The position numbers and the translations under genes were made by a program. DNA of 21,919 nucleotides from Chiloscyllium plagiosum (lineage: Eukaryota): positions 7,888,725 through 7,910,643 of the forward strand of contig NC_057754.1 of the NCBI RefSeq assembly GCF_004010195.1. The letters run 5' to 3'. Below the pieces are notes generated by a model. The model was not told the DNA's origin. It did not search any database and saw only the letters and a program-made list of their open reading frames with translations. Positions 1 to 8,471 of this stretch are shown here, in pieces (position 1 is the first letter of the stretch; every line of letters begins with the position of its first letter).

Positions 1-400
1 TTGTGATGTCCCAGGTCTACAAAGCTGTGGGCCAAATGAAGGGAAATGGGATTAGAACATAGAACAGTACAGCACAGAACAGGCCCTTCAGCCCACGATG
101 TTGTGCCGACCACTGATCCTCATGTATGCACCCTCAAATTTCTGTGACCATATGCATGTCCAGGAGTCTCTTAAATGTCCCCTATGACCCTGCCTCCACA
201 ACTGCTGCTGGCAACTCATTCCATGCTCTCACAACTCTCTGTGTAAAGAACCCGCCTCTGACATCCCCTCTATACTTTCCTCCAACCAGCTTAAAACTTT
301 GACCTCTCGTGTTAGTCATAATTAGAATAGCTAAGTGGCTGTGACAGGCACAGACGCAATGGGCCTTTTTCATTACAGTAGACATCCATAACCCTATGAC
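1..400 (+). mobile_element. Old CR1 LINE 3' UTR fragment (1-57 and 321-400), split by a younger minus-strand CR1
   Basis: gggccaaatgaagggaaatgggattagaa resumes as attagaatag...gacgcaatgggcc...ccctatgac, a CR1-type tail. ATTAGAA is duplicated at 51-57 and 321-327 (candidate TSD). Confidence 0.6.
53..320 (-). mobile_element. CR1/HER1-like LINE 3' end, 5'-truncated
   Basis: Encodes the CR1 ORF2 C-terminus TRGQSFKLVGGKYRGDVRGGFFTQRVVRAWNELPAAVVEA and ends in a (ttctatg)n-type tail (tagaacatagaac on +). Flanked by the ATTAGAA duplication. Confidence 0.9.
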
Positions 401-409
401 ATTATTTGA

Positions 410-710
410 GGCAGCACGGTGGCTTAGTGGCTAGCACTGCTGCCCCACAGCTCCAGGGACCTGGGTTCGATCCCACCCTTGGGTGACTGTCTGTGTGGAG
501 TTTGCACATTCTCCCCTGTGTCTGCGTGGGTTTCTTCCCGCAGTCCAAAAATGTGCAGGTCAGGGTGGATTGGCTGTGCTAAATTGCCCATAGTGTTAGG
601 TGCATTAATCAGAGGGGAATGGGTCTGGGTGGGTTACTCTTCGGAGGGGGTCGGTGTGGACTGGTTGGGCTGAAGGGCCTGTTTCCACACTGTAGGGAAT
701 CTAATCTAAT
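410..710 (+). mobile_element. HE1-like tRNA-derived SINE, near full length
   Basis: Head gcagcacggtggcttagtggctagcactgctgcc (A box), B box gggttcgatccc, body gtgtggagtttgcacattctcccc, LINE-shared tail gaagggcctgtttccacactgtagggaatctaatctaat. Possible TSD attatttg (401-408) / attatctg (709-716). Confidence 0.92.
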
Positions 711-1304
711 TATCTGGTCATTAGCTTAATCCTAAATCGAACACTAAAGCATGACCAGGTTGTTTTTGGAATCTTGATGGATGCTAATGGACTCTCCTGT
801 TGCCAGAAACGTGCCTAAACTTGGAAGAGGTGCTCGAGTGGCTTTGGAGATGTCCTTTGGCTGTGGAAAGTGCTGTTTAAGTACTGACCTTAGCTTCCAG
901 CCTTGTGAGGAGTTCCCGTCAGGGCAGCAGGCAAGAAATAGAAATTTGTAAACGTGAGAAGAAGATCTCAACAGCTCCCTCACACTTTTCTGAGGCAAGT
1001 CATGCTCGTACCTCAGTGAACTATGAACAACAGAGTCTCCCAGTGGTGTGAGGTGGAGTTGAGAGGTTCAGCTGTCCTTCAGGTTACCGCCTTGCTCTCC
1101 GCATTTCTGGTGCAGCTTAAGGAAGTATCGAATCCCAGTTGCAGGAATGGGTCATCCGAGCCAGCTCTACCACTCAGTCTGACCACAGCAACTCAGTACC
1201 CTGTTCCTGGTTTCTCCCCTGTATCCCTTGAATCATTTGTGTTTTCAGCACAGCTTGCTATCATGGAGCTTTTATTATAGTATCAGCAGCTGAAGTAAAA
1301 TGGC

Positions 1305-1351
1305 GGGGGGGGGGTTTGGGGGGGGGGGGGGGGGGGGGGGGTTGGGTGTGG
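1305..1351 (+). repeat. Poly-G tract (G10 T3 G24 followed by short G runs)
   Basis: Directly visible homopolymer runs. Confidence 0.95.
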
Positions 1352-1863
1352 AAGTTGGTCTCGATTTCTCAAAACTTGGTGCAAAACCTCTCACACTGCA
1401 GCAGCGCGAGTGTTGGCGCTCTCCATGCATGTGCTTAATCTGCAAACAATTTAAATACGTACTCAAGATAACTGTTCTTCCAAGTCCTGGCCAAAAGGAC
1501 TGTTTTTCCCACAAGAAAAGTAATTTGTATTCCTCTCTGCTTTTTTTTAAATGGAAGGCAAATGCATCTGAAAGCTCCGCAAATCCGCTCCTTTATCTGC
1601 CTGTCACCTGCTGTTTGAAGGCTGATGTAGAAGGAGAGACCGCAGAACGATAACAGCCTTTGCTTCAGCTCCTGGGCAGGATTTCTTGGAAGTAAATTTG
1701 TTCAGCTTAGTCCCGTGATTGATTAAGATAATGGCTTGAGAGTAGTCATTCAGTCATCCAGTAACTGTGCACATTGCCACTCATGGGATTTTGACTTGGA
1801 AAGCAAAAGCAAACTGCTGCATTATTTTAGTGCCTTCCACAACCAGACTTTTTGCTAAGCAGT

Positions 1864-2182
1864 TACAGAATCCCTACAGTGCAGAAAGAGGCCATTTGAC
1901 CTGTCAAATCTGCACCGACCCACCAAAGAGCATCCAGCCCCAACCCTATCCCCAGGGCTAACCCACCTAGCCTGCACATCCCTGGGACACTATGGGCAAT
2001 TTAGCATGGCTGAACCACCTAATCTGGACTGTGGGAGGAAACTGGAGCACCTGGAGGAAACCAGTGCAGACATGGGGTGAACTTGCCAACTCCACACAGA
2101 CAGTCACCCAAAGGCTGGAATGGAACCCGGGTCCCTGGCGCTGTGAGGCAGCAGTGCTAACCACTGAGCCACTGTGCCACCC
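1864..2182 (-). mobile_element. HE1-like SINE, near full length
   Basis: Reverse complement of the HE1 head (gtgaggcagcagtgctaaccactgagccactgtgcc), B box (tggaacccgg), body gggcaatttagcatggc and tail gaatccctacagtg. Confidence 0.92.
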
Positions 2183-2337
2183 ACAGTCACTGTTGGAATG
2201 TAGACGACGCACCTTGAGTGCGGTGAACCCCCACAGAGAGCAGTGCGATGACAGCCAGGCAGCCTGCTTGTGTGAAACTGCTGCGTTCTGTCCCATTCTC
2301 ACTGTAGAGGTCACCCCTGGACCTCGGCGAGTGACAA

Positions 2338-2390
2338 AGGGGGCCTTGAAGATTTCGCACCTCACCCAAAGGACGGCACCTCTGACAGGG
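2338..2390 (-). mobile_element. Possible DeuSINE/SacSINE1-like core fragment
   Basis: ctcacccaaaggacggcacctctgacag resembles the reverse complement of the SINE segment that follows the minisatellite at ~13150-13180, and of the recalled core ctgtcggaggtgccgtctttcggatgag. Confidence 0.4.
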
Positions 2391-2724
2391 CCTTCAAATA
2401 CTATTGTGGGAGATGTCAAAGTTGCTTATGTGCTTTGGTGTCAATAGGGCAACTGAAAGCCATGTCCTCTTCAGTCAGAGGCATGAATGCCACTTGCCTG
2501 ACACTTCTACGGTGAAAACTGTGGACGGGCATTTCGTTTTTACTGCTAAATTCATTCAAAGCACCTTTTCAGTTTGGGGCAGCTGTTACATTTTGGGACC
2601 TCTTACTCCAGATTATTTCAGATTTTGCCTTTTAAGTTTTGTATTGGATGATTCTCAAGTTTGCAAACCCCCTGCAGGATCTGTTTGGCTTGACATCGGG
2701 GCAAGTTTTTCAAAACATCCCCCT

Positions 2725-2830
2725 TTTTTGGATAGTTATCCAAGTTGCTTTTACTAATCAGGATTGAATCGGCCTCCACCGCACTCTGGCGGCGCATCCC
2801 GGGTCCCAGCCATTTGCTCTTTCCCCTCAG
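2725..2830 (-). mobile_element. Degraded CR1 3' fragment
   Basis: ttgaatcggcctccaccgcactctggcggcgcatccc resembles the reverse complement of the WN-LP---VEA-S region seen in other CR1 copies here. Confidence 0.45.
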
Positions 2831-2849
2831 CTCGCTATCTCCTCAAGAG

Positions 2850-3275
2850 CATAACATGTAGGTGGGGAAGTAGGCCATTCAGCCCATTGAATCTGTTCCA
2901 GTGAACTCGTGGCTGATCTGAGATTCTTCAGGTCTACTTTCATATCCCTGTGAGCTTTGGTTCCCTTCCTAATTATAAATCTGTTTAACCTCAGTGAGCA
3001 AGCATCCCTAGTAAAGAATTTCACAGATTTGTTACCCTCTGAGTGAAGGAATTCCTCCTCATCTCTCTCTTAAATGTGCGACTTTTTATTCTGAGATGAT
3101 GCCCTCCGGTCCCAGACTCTCCCGTAAGCGTCAACAACTACTCCGCATTTACCCTGTCGAGCTCCCAAAGACTTCTGCATATTTCGGTAGGGTCACTCTT
3201 ACTCATCTATATTACGATGATTTCAGCCCAATTTACTGCTCATCTCTTTACAAAATAATCCCTCTGTACCTGAGA
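2850..3275 (-). mobile_element. CR1 LINE 3' end (older subfamily)
   Basis: Tail gaagtaggccattcagcccattga, 3' UTR ggctgatctg, and ORF2 end aagaatttcacagattt...ctctgagtgaaggaattcctcctcatctc. Confidence 0.8.
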
Positions 3276-3336
3276 TTTAGGCAAACAGCAGACTTCGTAC
3301 TGACCCTGGGGAACCCCACTGTATTGCTTCCGCCAG

Positions 3337-4071
3337 TGTTAGGTTTTTTTTCCCCGAGGTTTCACACATACCAACTTCTGCGAACAGTTAAAGTTTATTA
3401 AAGCCTGTACAAGCTTGGGGTGACCCCCTTTGACCCTCCTCGCAAGTGTGCAAGGTCGAATCAAAAGAGGCCCCAAACAAAGGAAACGCATCCCATTTAT
3501 ATAGGTCAGTTGGTAATGCTCACAGGTACTCCGGCTACATCCCATAACCACCTGTTACCCCAGGTACAGTGGTAGCATGAGATCATCCTCAGCGGTAATG
3601 TAAATGTAAATGCCCTAATCCTGGGGAATCGTTATGCAGATGATTTCCTGACTTCATGATTCCCCAAGACAACGTATGTGTGACGTGTCCTAGTTTCGGG
3701 GTGGTCCTGCAAATGAGTCCTGGCTCTGCTACCTCCCTGGACAATGTAGGCGTGATATAGTTCAGTATCGGGGGATGATCACGCAAACCAATTTGATTAG
3801 CTGGGGGATGGCTATGAAAGCATTTCTGAATAGAAGGGACTGACCAAGAGTTTAATTTGATAATAGCGGTAGAATAGTAGTAAATGTCTGCCCAGATGAA
3901 GTGTGGATTACAATGGATAGTCATCCACATTCCTGCATGCTATCTGTGAGGAATGTCAGCCCCACCTACTTCCAGTATGTTCATCATCTTGGAGAAAGAC
4001 AGTACAGTTTAACCCTTTAACATTACATTAATGTCCACAGAGAAAGTTCAATTTAATCTTTTAACATTACA
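3337..4071 (-). mobile_element. Solo LTR (735 bp) of an LTR retrotransposon or ERV
   Basis: TG...CA termini (tgtta...ttaca) and a perfect 4-bp TSD CCAG (3333-3336, 4072-4075). Minus-strand TATATAAA at 3496-3503 and AATAAA at 3394-3399 lie in U3-R-U5 order. It cleanly interrupts a CR1 relic. Confidence 0.85.
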
Positions 4072-4194
4072 CCAGTCTGAGAAATTTAATGTTACTGTCT
4101 GTTGCTTTGTCCACTTCATATCCATGCTGTCTCTGTCTACACATTCCCCCGGCTTTGATTTTACTGGCGAACCTTTTTATGAGGCACTTCTGGA

Positions 4195-4292
4195 AGCCCC
4201 TGTCAACCTCATCAGTCCTGGGAGTCCTAGGTTCAAGTCCCGCCTTCCCTGAGGTATATCACAACATGCCTGAAAGGATTGATTAAAATATC
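4195..4292 (+). mobile_element. Short tRNA-related SINE fragment inside the CR1 relic
   Basis: Pol III B-box-like ggttcaagtccc followed by a short unrelated tail ending gattgattaaaatatc. CR1 homology resumes on both sides. Confidence 0.5.
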
Positions 4293-4952
4293 CACACCAC
4301 ATCAATCAGGGTTACCCTTATTGACGCTCTGTCGACTCATCAACAATCTGAATCAAGTTAGTTAAGCTTAATTTGCTTTTAATAAATCCGCGTGGTTTTC
4401 CTTAATTAATCTGCAGTTGTCCAAGTGGCTGTTCATTTTGTCCCATTAAACTCTGTGTGTTGAACACAGATGTTCCCTTGTTTATTTTCTGTATCGACTG
4501 GCTGATTTAGAAAGCTGCCTGAATTCACCGGTTGCCCACCCACCACTAGACTCAGTAGGTGGGGGTTTTACTTGTGACAATCTTGGTGCTGTTCTCAGTC
4601 GTGCTGAAACACTGTGAGGTGAGACAGTCAGACACACCCTGTCCTGCATCAAGCCCAATTAGATATAAATTAGGAGCAGGAGTAGACCATTCAGCCCTCA
4701 CTACCTGATCAGCCATTTAATAAGATCATCCAACTCATTACCCTGTCCCCACTCTCTCTCCCATATCCTTTGATCCCTTTCGCTCGAAGAACTATATCTC
4801 CGAAATAATTCCACAGAGGCTGGTTTCCTGCCACTCTTTATTTCCACATGGACAGTCCTTGACTTTAATATTGCCTCATTCAGAGTCTGGTACGAGAGTG
4901 TCAGTATCTCTAACTCTCACATTTTTCTCTTTTTTTAAACCCTTCCCCCCAC

Positions 4953-6373
4953 CATAGAGTCATAGGGATGTACAGCATGGAAACAGACCCTTCAGTCCAA
5001 CCCATCCGTACCGACCAGATATCCCAACCCAATCTAGTCCCACCTGCCACACCCGGCCCATATCCCTCTAAACCCTTCCTATTCATATACCCATCCAAAT
5101 GCCTCTTAAATGTTGCAATTGTACCAGCCTCCACCACATCCTCTGGCAGCTCATTCCATACACGTACCACCCTCTGCGTGAAAACGTTGCCCCTTAGGTC
5201 TCTTTTATATCTTTCCCCTCTCACCCTAAACCTATGNNNNNNNNNNNNNNNNNNNNNNNNNNNNNNNNNNNNNNNNNNNNNNNNNNNNNNNNNNNNNNNN
5301 NNNNNNNNNNNNNNNNNNNNNNNNNNNNNNNNNNNNNNNNNNNNNNNNNNNNNNNNNNNNNNNNNNNNNNNNNNNNNNNNNNNNNNNNNNNNNNNNNNNN
5401 NNNNNNNNNNNNNNNNNNNNNNNNNNNNNNNNNNNNNNNNNNNNNNNNNNNNNNNNNNNNNNNNNNNNNNNNNNNNNNNNNNNNNNNNNNNNNNNNNNNN
5501 NNNNNNNNNNNNNNNNNNNNNNNNNNNNNNNNNNNNNNNNNNNNNNNNNNNNNNNNNNNNNNNNNNNNNNNNNNNNNNNNNNNNNNNNNNNNNNNNNNNN
5601 NNNNNNNNNNNNNNNNNNNNNNNNNNNNNNNNNNNNNNNNNNNNNNNNNNNNNNNNNNNNNNNNNNNNNNNNNNNNNNNNNNNNNNNNNNNNNNNNNNNN
5701 NNNNNNNNNNNNNNNNNNNNNNNNNNNNNNNNNNNNNNNNNNNNNNNNNNNNNNNNNNNNNNNNNNNNNNNNNNNNNNNNNNNNNNNNNNNNNNNNNNNN
5801 NNNNNNNNNNNNNNNNNNNNNNNNNNNNNNNNNNNNNNNNNNNNNNNNNNNNNNNNNNNNNNNNNNNNNNNNNNNNNNNNNNNNNNNNNNNNNNNNNNNN
5901 NNNNNNNNNNNNNNNNNNNNNNNNNNNNNNNNNNNNNNNNNNNNNNNNNNNNNNNNNNNNNNNNNNNNNNNNNNNNNNNNNNNNNNNNNNNNNNNNNNNN
6001 NNNNNNNNNNNNNNNNNNNNNNNNNNNNNNNNNNNNNNNNNNNNNNNNNNNNNNNNNNNNNNNNNNNNNNNNNNNNNNNNNNNNNNNNNNNNNNNNNNNN
6101 NNNNNNNNNNNNNNNACTACACCTCCAATTTTGGTGTCATCTGCAAACTTACTAACTGTACCTCTTATGCTCGCATCCAAATCATTTATGTAAATGATGA
6201 AAAGTAGAGGACCCAGCACCGATCCTTGTGGCACTCCACTGGTCACAGGCCTCCAGTCTGAAAAACAACCCTCCACCACCACCCTCTGTCTTCTACCTTT
6301 GAGCCAGTTCTGTATCCAAATGGCTAGTTCTCCCTGTATTGCATGAGATCTAACCTTGCTAATCAGTCTACCA
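4953..6373 (-). mobile_element. Young HER1/CR1 LINE, 5'-truncated, spanning an assembly gap; RT fragment with intact FADD
   Basis: [48 protein letters not shown]...[11 protein letters not shown] at 6116-6370, C-terminus RGERYKRDLRGNVFTQRVVRVWNELPEDVVEAGTIATFKRHLD, and a (ctatgact) tail at 4953-4965. Confidence 0.95.
5237..6115. other. Assembly gap (879 N)
   Basis: Run of N. Confidence 1.
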
Positions 6374-6751
6374 CTGTACAGCAATAGTGTTTATTTTTAC
6401 CACACAACACCCGTGTTTATGTACATGCGAAGTGACTCAGTAGAGACACCATTTGATTCAGTATTTACACCACCAGGAAAACACCCAGATGGCCAGAGAG
6501 CTAGTAGCAAGCAAAGCCCCATAAGCGCACGGCTTACACGAAGCAAGTAAAAGGGGAGGGTCAGGATTACATCAAAATAGATTTGGAGGGGGAAACGAGA
6601 CACTCCACCCACTGCAGTGCCCACCACATCCTGAAAGCTTCCAAGACCATTTGTGGACCCTAAGTGCTCTCTCTCCAAGAACACCCAGGTTTGAACGTAG
6701 CCGCGGAAGGGAGGGGGGCAATGGTCGGAAATGACCAAGAATCAACTTTTT

Positions 6752-7522
6752 TTATAAAAAAGGAATGCTACATGGTTCAGCCAGTTCAGGAATCAGATTT
6801 CCTCCAAAAACAAATCAAAACCAAAAGCAGCAGGAACACACTGACTGTGGCCCAGCCAGCACAGAGTCAGTCTCCTAAACTGAGGGGACTCTAGATCTCC
6901 TGGTGGGTTTTTTTGCCCTCAACTAAGGAGACTAAATCTCCAGGGTTTTTTTTTAAAAACATATTTCCCCTGTACTACCACCTAACTGCAGTAGATTAGA
7001 TTAGATTCCCTACAGTGTGGAAACAGGTCCTTCAGCCCAACCAGTCCACACTGACCCTCCGAAGAGTAACCCACCCAGACCCATTTCCCCTCTGACTAAT
7101 GCACCGAACACTATGGGCAATTTAGCATGGCCATTCCACCTGAATTGTGCCATGAAGTAGTGCTTATTTTTTCCCCAGCACCCGTGTTGTGTGTGTGCAG
7201 GTGTGAGACACAGTGAAAGACACAAGGTGTACAAATCTTTATTTAGTTTCCACCACCAGGAAGAAAGGAAACACCAGGGTGGCCAGTGACAAGCAATGCC
7301 CTTCCCAGAGGGCAATGCTGCATGATCGAAAAAGTGAAGGGGAAGGCAGGGATTAATCAAAATCGAGTTGGAGGGGGAAGTAAGGCACTCTACCCACTGC
7401 AGTGCCCACCACACCCTGAAGGCTTCCAAGAGCATTGGTAGACCTTACCTGCTCCCTCTCCAAGAACACACAGGTTCGAATGTTGCCACAGAAAGGGGGC
7501 AGTCGTTGGTAATGGCCAACAG
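6752..7522 (-). mobile_element. Tx1-like LINE 3' end, unit B, interrupted by an HE1 fragment
   Basis: Encodes RLPPFCGNIRTCVFLEREQVRSTNA and, in a shifted frame, LEAFRVWWALQWVECLTSPSNSILI. The 3' UTR gtagtgcttattttttccccagcacc is closely similar to unit C, while the distal 3' segment 6752-6945 is unique to this unit. Confidence 0.75.
6995..7155 (-). mobile_element. HE1 SINE 3' half
   Basis: Tail attagattagattccctacagtgtggaaacagg, closely matching the reverse complement of 560-710. TSD AGTAG at 6990-6994 and 7156-7160. Confidence 0.92.
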
Positions 7523-7532
7523 TCACCTTTTT

Positions 7533-7931
7533 TTTAATTTTATTAAACAATTCACAGTTCACAAAACAATTAAAATTTACAGCTGTTTACAGAGAAACAG
7601 CAATTTTACAAGGGAGAGGGGCAGCAAAGCCAAGCTCCAAACCTTACCATTCAGCCAGTTTTCAGGGAAATGAAGAACTCTCAAATCCCACAATTATCTT
7701 TTTCTATTTGTTCTTTTTTTTCTTTTTACCCCCCCACACTACCGCCTAACTGCGGTTGTGCTTATTTTTTCCCCAGCACCCATGTTGTGTGTGTGCAGGT
7801 GTGAGACACAGTGAGAGACACAAGGTGCACGAATCTTTATTCAGTTTCCACCACCAGGAAGATAGGAAACACCCGAGTGGCCAGTGACAAGCAGTGCCCT
7901 TCACATCAAAGGGCAATGCTGCATGATGCAA
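7533..7931 (-). mobile_element. Tx1-like LINE 3' UTR, unit C, more heavily 5'-truncated
   Basis: 7757-7927 is closely similar to 7157-7327. Minus-strand AATAAA plus oligo-A at 7528-7543. Stem-loop cactaccgc-ctaact-gcggttgtg at 7737-7760. Confidence 0.75.
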
Positions 7932-8471
7932 TCACCTTTTTATCTGTCAGCCAGGGCTCCCTGATTGGGCCAGATTAAAAGCCCCAGTCAAAGGTCTCAT
8001 TCTGTTATGTCCAGCTTGGTGACCTCGTTACAATCACTACAACCTCCTTCCTGAAAACTTTCAATGTCTTGGCCTCGGCTGATAGAGAATTCCACTGGCT
8101 CCCCAGTCTCTGGGTGAAGACATCTCTCCTCCTCTCAGTCCTGAATGGCCTACTCCGTTTCCTAGACTGCGATCCTGGTCCTGGATCCCCTGGTCATGAA
8201 CATCTTTCCTGCATGCGCCCTGTCTAATGTTCGAATTTCATTGATTTCCATGAGATTTCTCCCCCCCCCACTACAAATCCTAGCGAATATTGTCTTAACC
8301 GGTCCATTCTGTCCCCGTATGTCAGTCTAGCAACCCAAGACTCAGTCTGGTAAACCTTCCATGCATACCCTTCATATTGTGATTAAATGGTTAGCATGAA
8401 CTAGTTTAACTCCAGTTGGGTTCTCAGGCCTTGGCCTTTCCACCAACATAAACATGTTGCAGGACTCTTCA

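Larger units (their letters stand above)
3280..4445 (-). mobile_element. Degraded CR1 reverse-transcriptase fragment (3280-3336 and 4072-4445), interrupted by a solo LTR and a short SINE
   Basis: gtactgaccctggggaaccccact is the reverse complement of an [12 protein letters not shown] motif. The sequence resumes ccagtctgagaaa after the LTR, matching ctccagtctgaaaaacaacc of the CR1 at 6252-6270, and continues toward the QHGF-like region (aaatccgcgtgg). Confidence 0.7.
4927..6741 (-). mobile_element. Tx1-like (L1 superfamily) LINE 3' end, unit A (4927-4953 and ~6368-6741), interrupted by a HER1/CR1
   Basis: Encodes DHCPPPFRGYVQTWVFLEREHLGSTN and, in a shifted frame, LEAFRMWWALQWVECLVSPSKSILM-stop, resembling the Tx1-type ORF2 C-terminus. 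The 3' UTR is homologous to units B and C, with an A-rich tail at 4921-4936. Confidence 0.7.
4801..8041 (-). mobile_element. Short solo LTR (~226 bp reconstructed from 4801-4926 plus 7942-8041), split by a 3-kb insertion stack
   Basis: Minus-strand start TGTAGTGATTGTAACGAGG at 8041, CCAAT near 7954-7958, TATA-like GATAAAAA at the split point, AATAAA at 4837-4842, and end TTATTTCG (CA apparently mutated to CG). Candidate 5-bp TSD atctc (4796-4800) / acctc (8042-8046). Confidence 0.7.
4660..8375 (-). mobile_element. CR1 LINE 3' end, present as 4660-4800 and 8042-8375; host of the nested cluster
   Basis: Tail taggagcaggagtagaccattcagccc. gaactatatctc at 4800 continues as acctccttcctgaaaactttcaatgtcttggcctc...agagaattccac at 8042. 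Confidence 0.75.

Noticed and set aside
410..480. tRNA gene (A and B boxes; similar heads at ~2110-2182, 9715-9762 and 13993-14060)
   Set aside because: These are tRNA-derived SINE heads continuing into HE1 bodies, and no complete cloverleaf is evident.
1300..1653. Gly-rich ORF and the antisense Pro-rich ORF
   Set aside because: The low-complexity part is just the poly-G tract, and the remainder has no recognisable protein features.
4141..4160. Apparent polypurine tract GGGGGAA-TGT (minus strand), plus a PBS-like TGGCG at 3331-3335, suggesting a longer LTR or a one-LTR circle
   Set aside because: Both motifs lie in the flanking CR1 relic. The TSD-defined LTR boundaries are 3337 and 4071.
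4968..6384. ORFs of 319-395 aa
   Set aside because: Their length comes from the N-gap. Only the CR1-derived flanks are real sequence.
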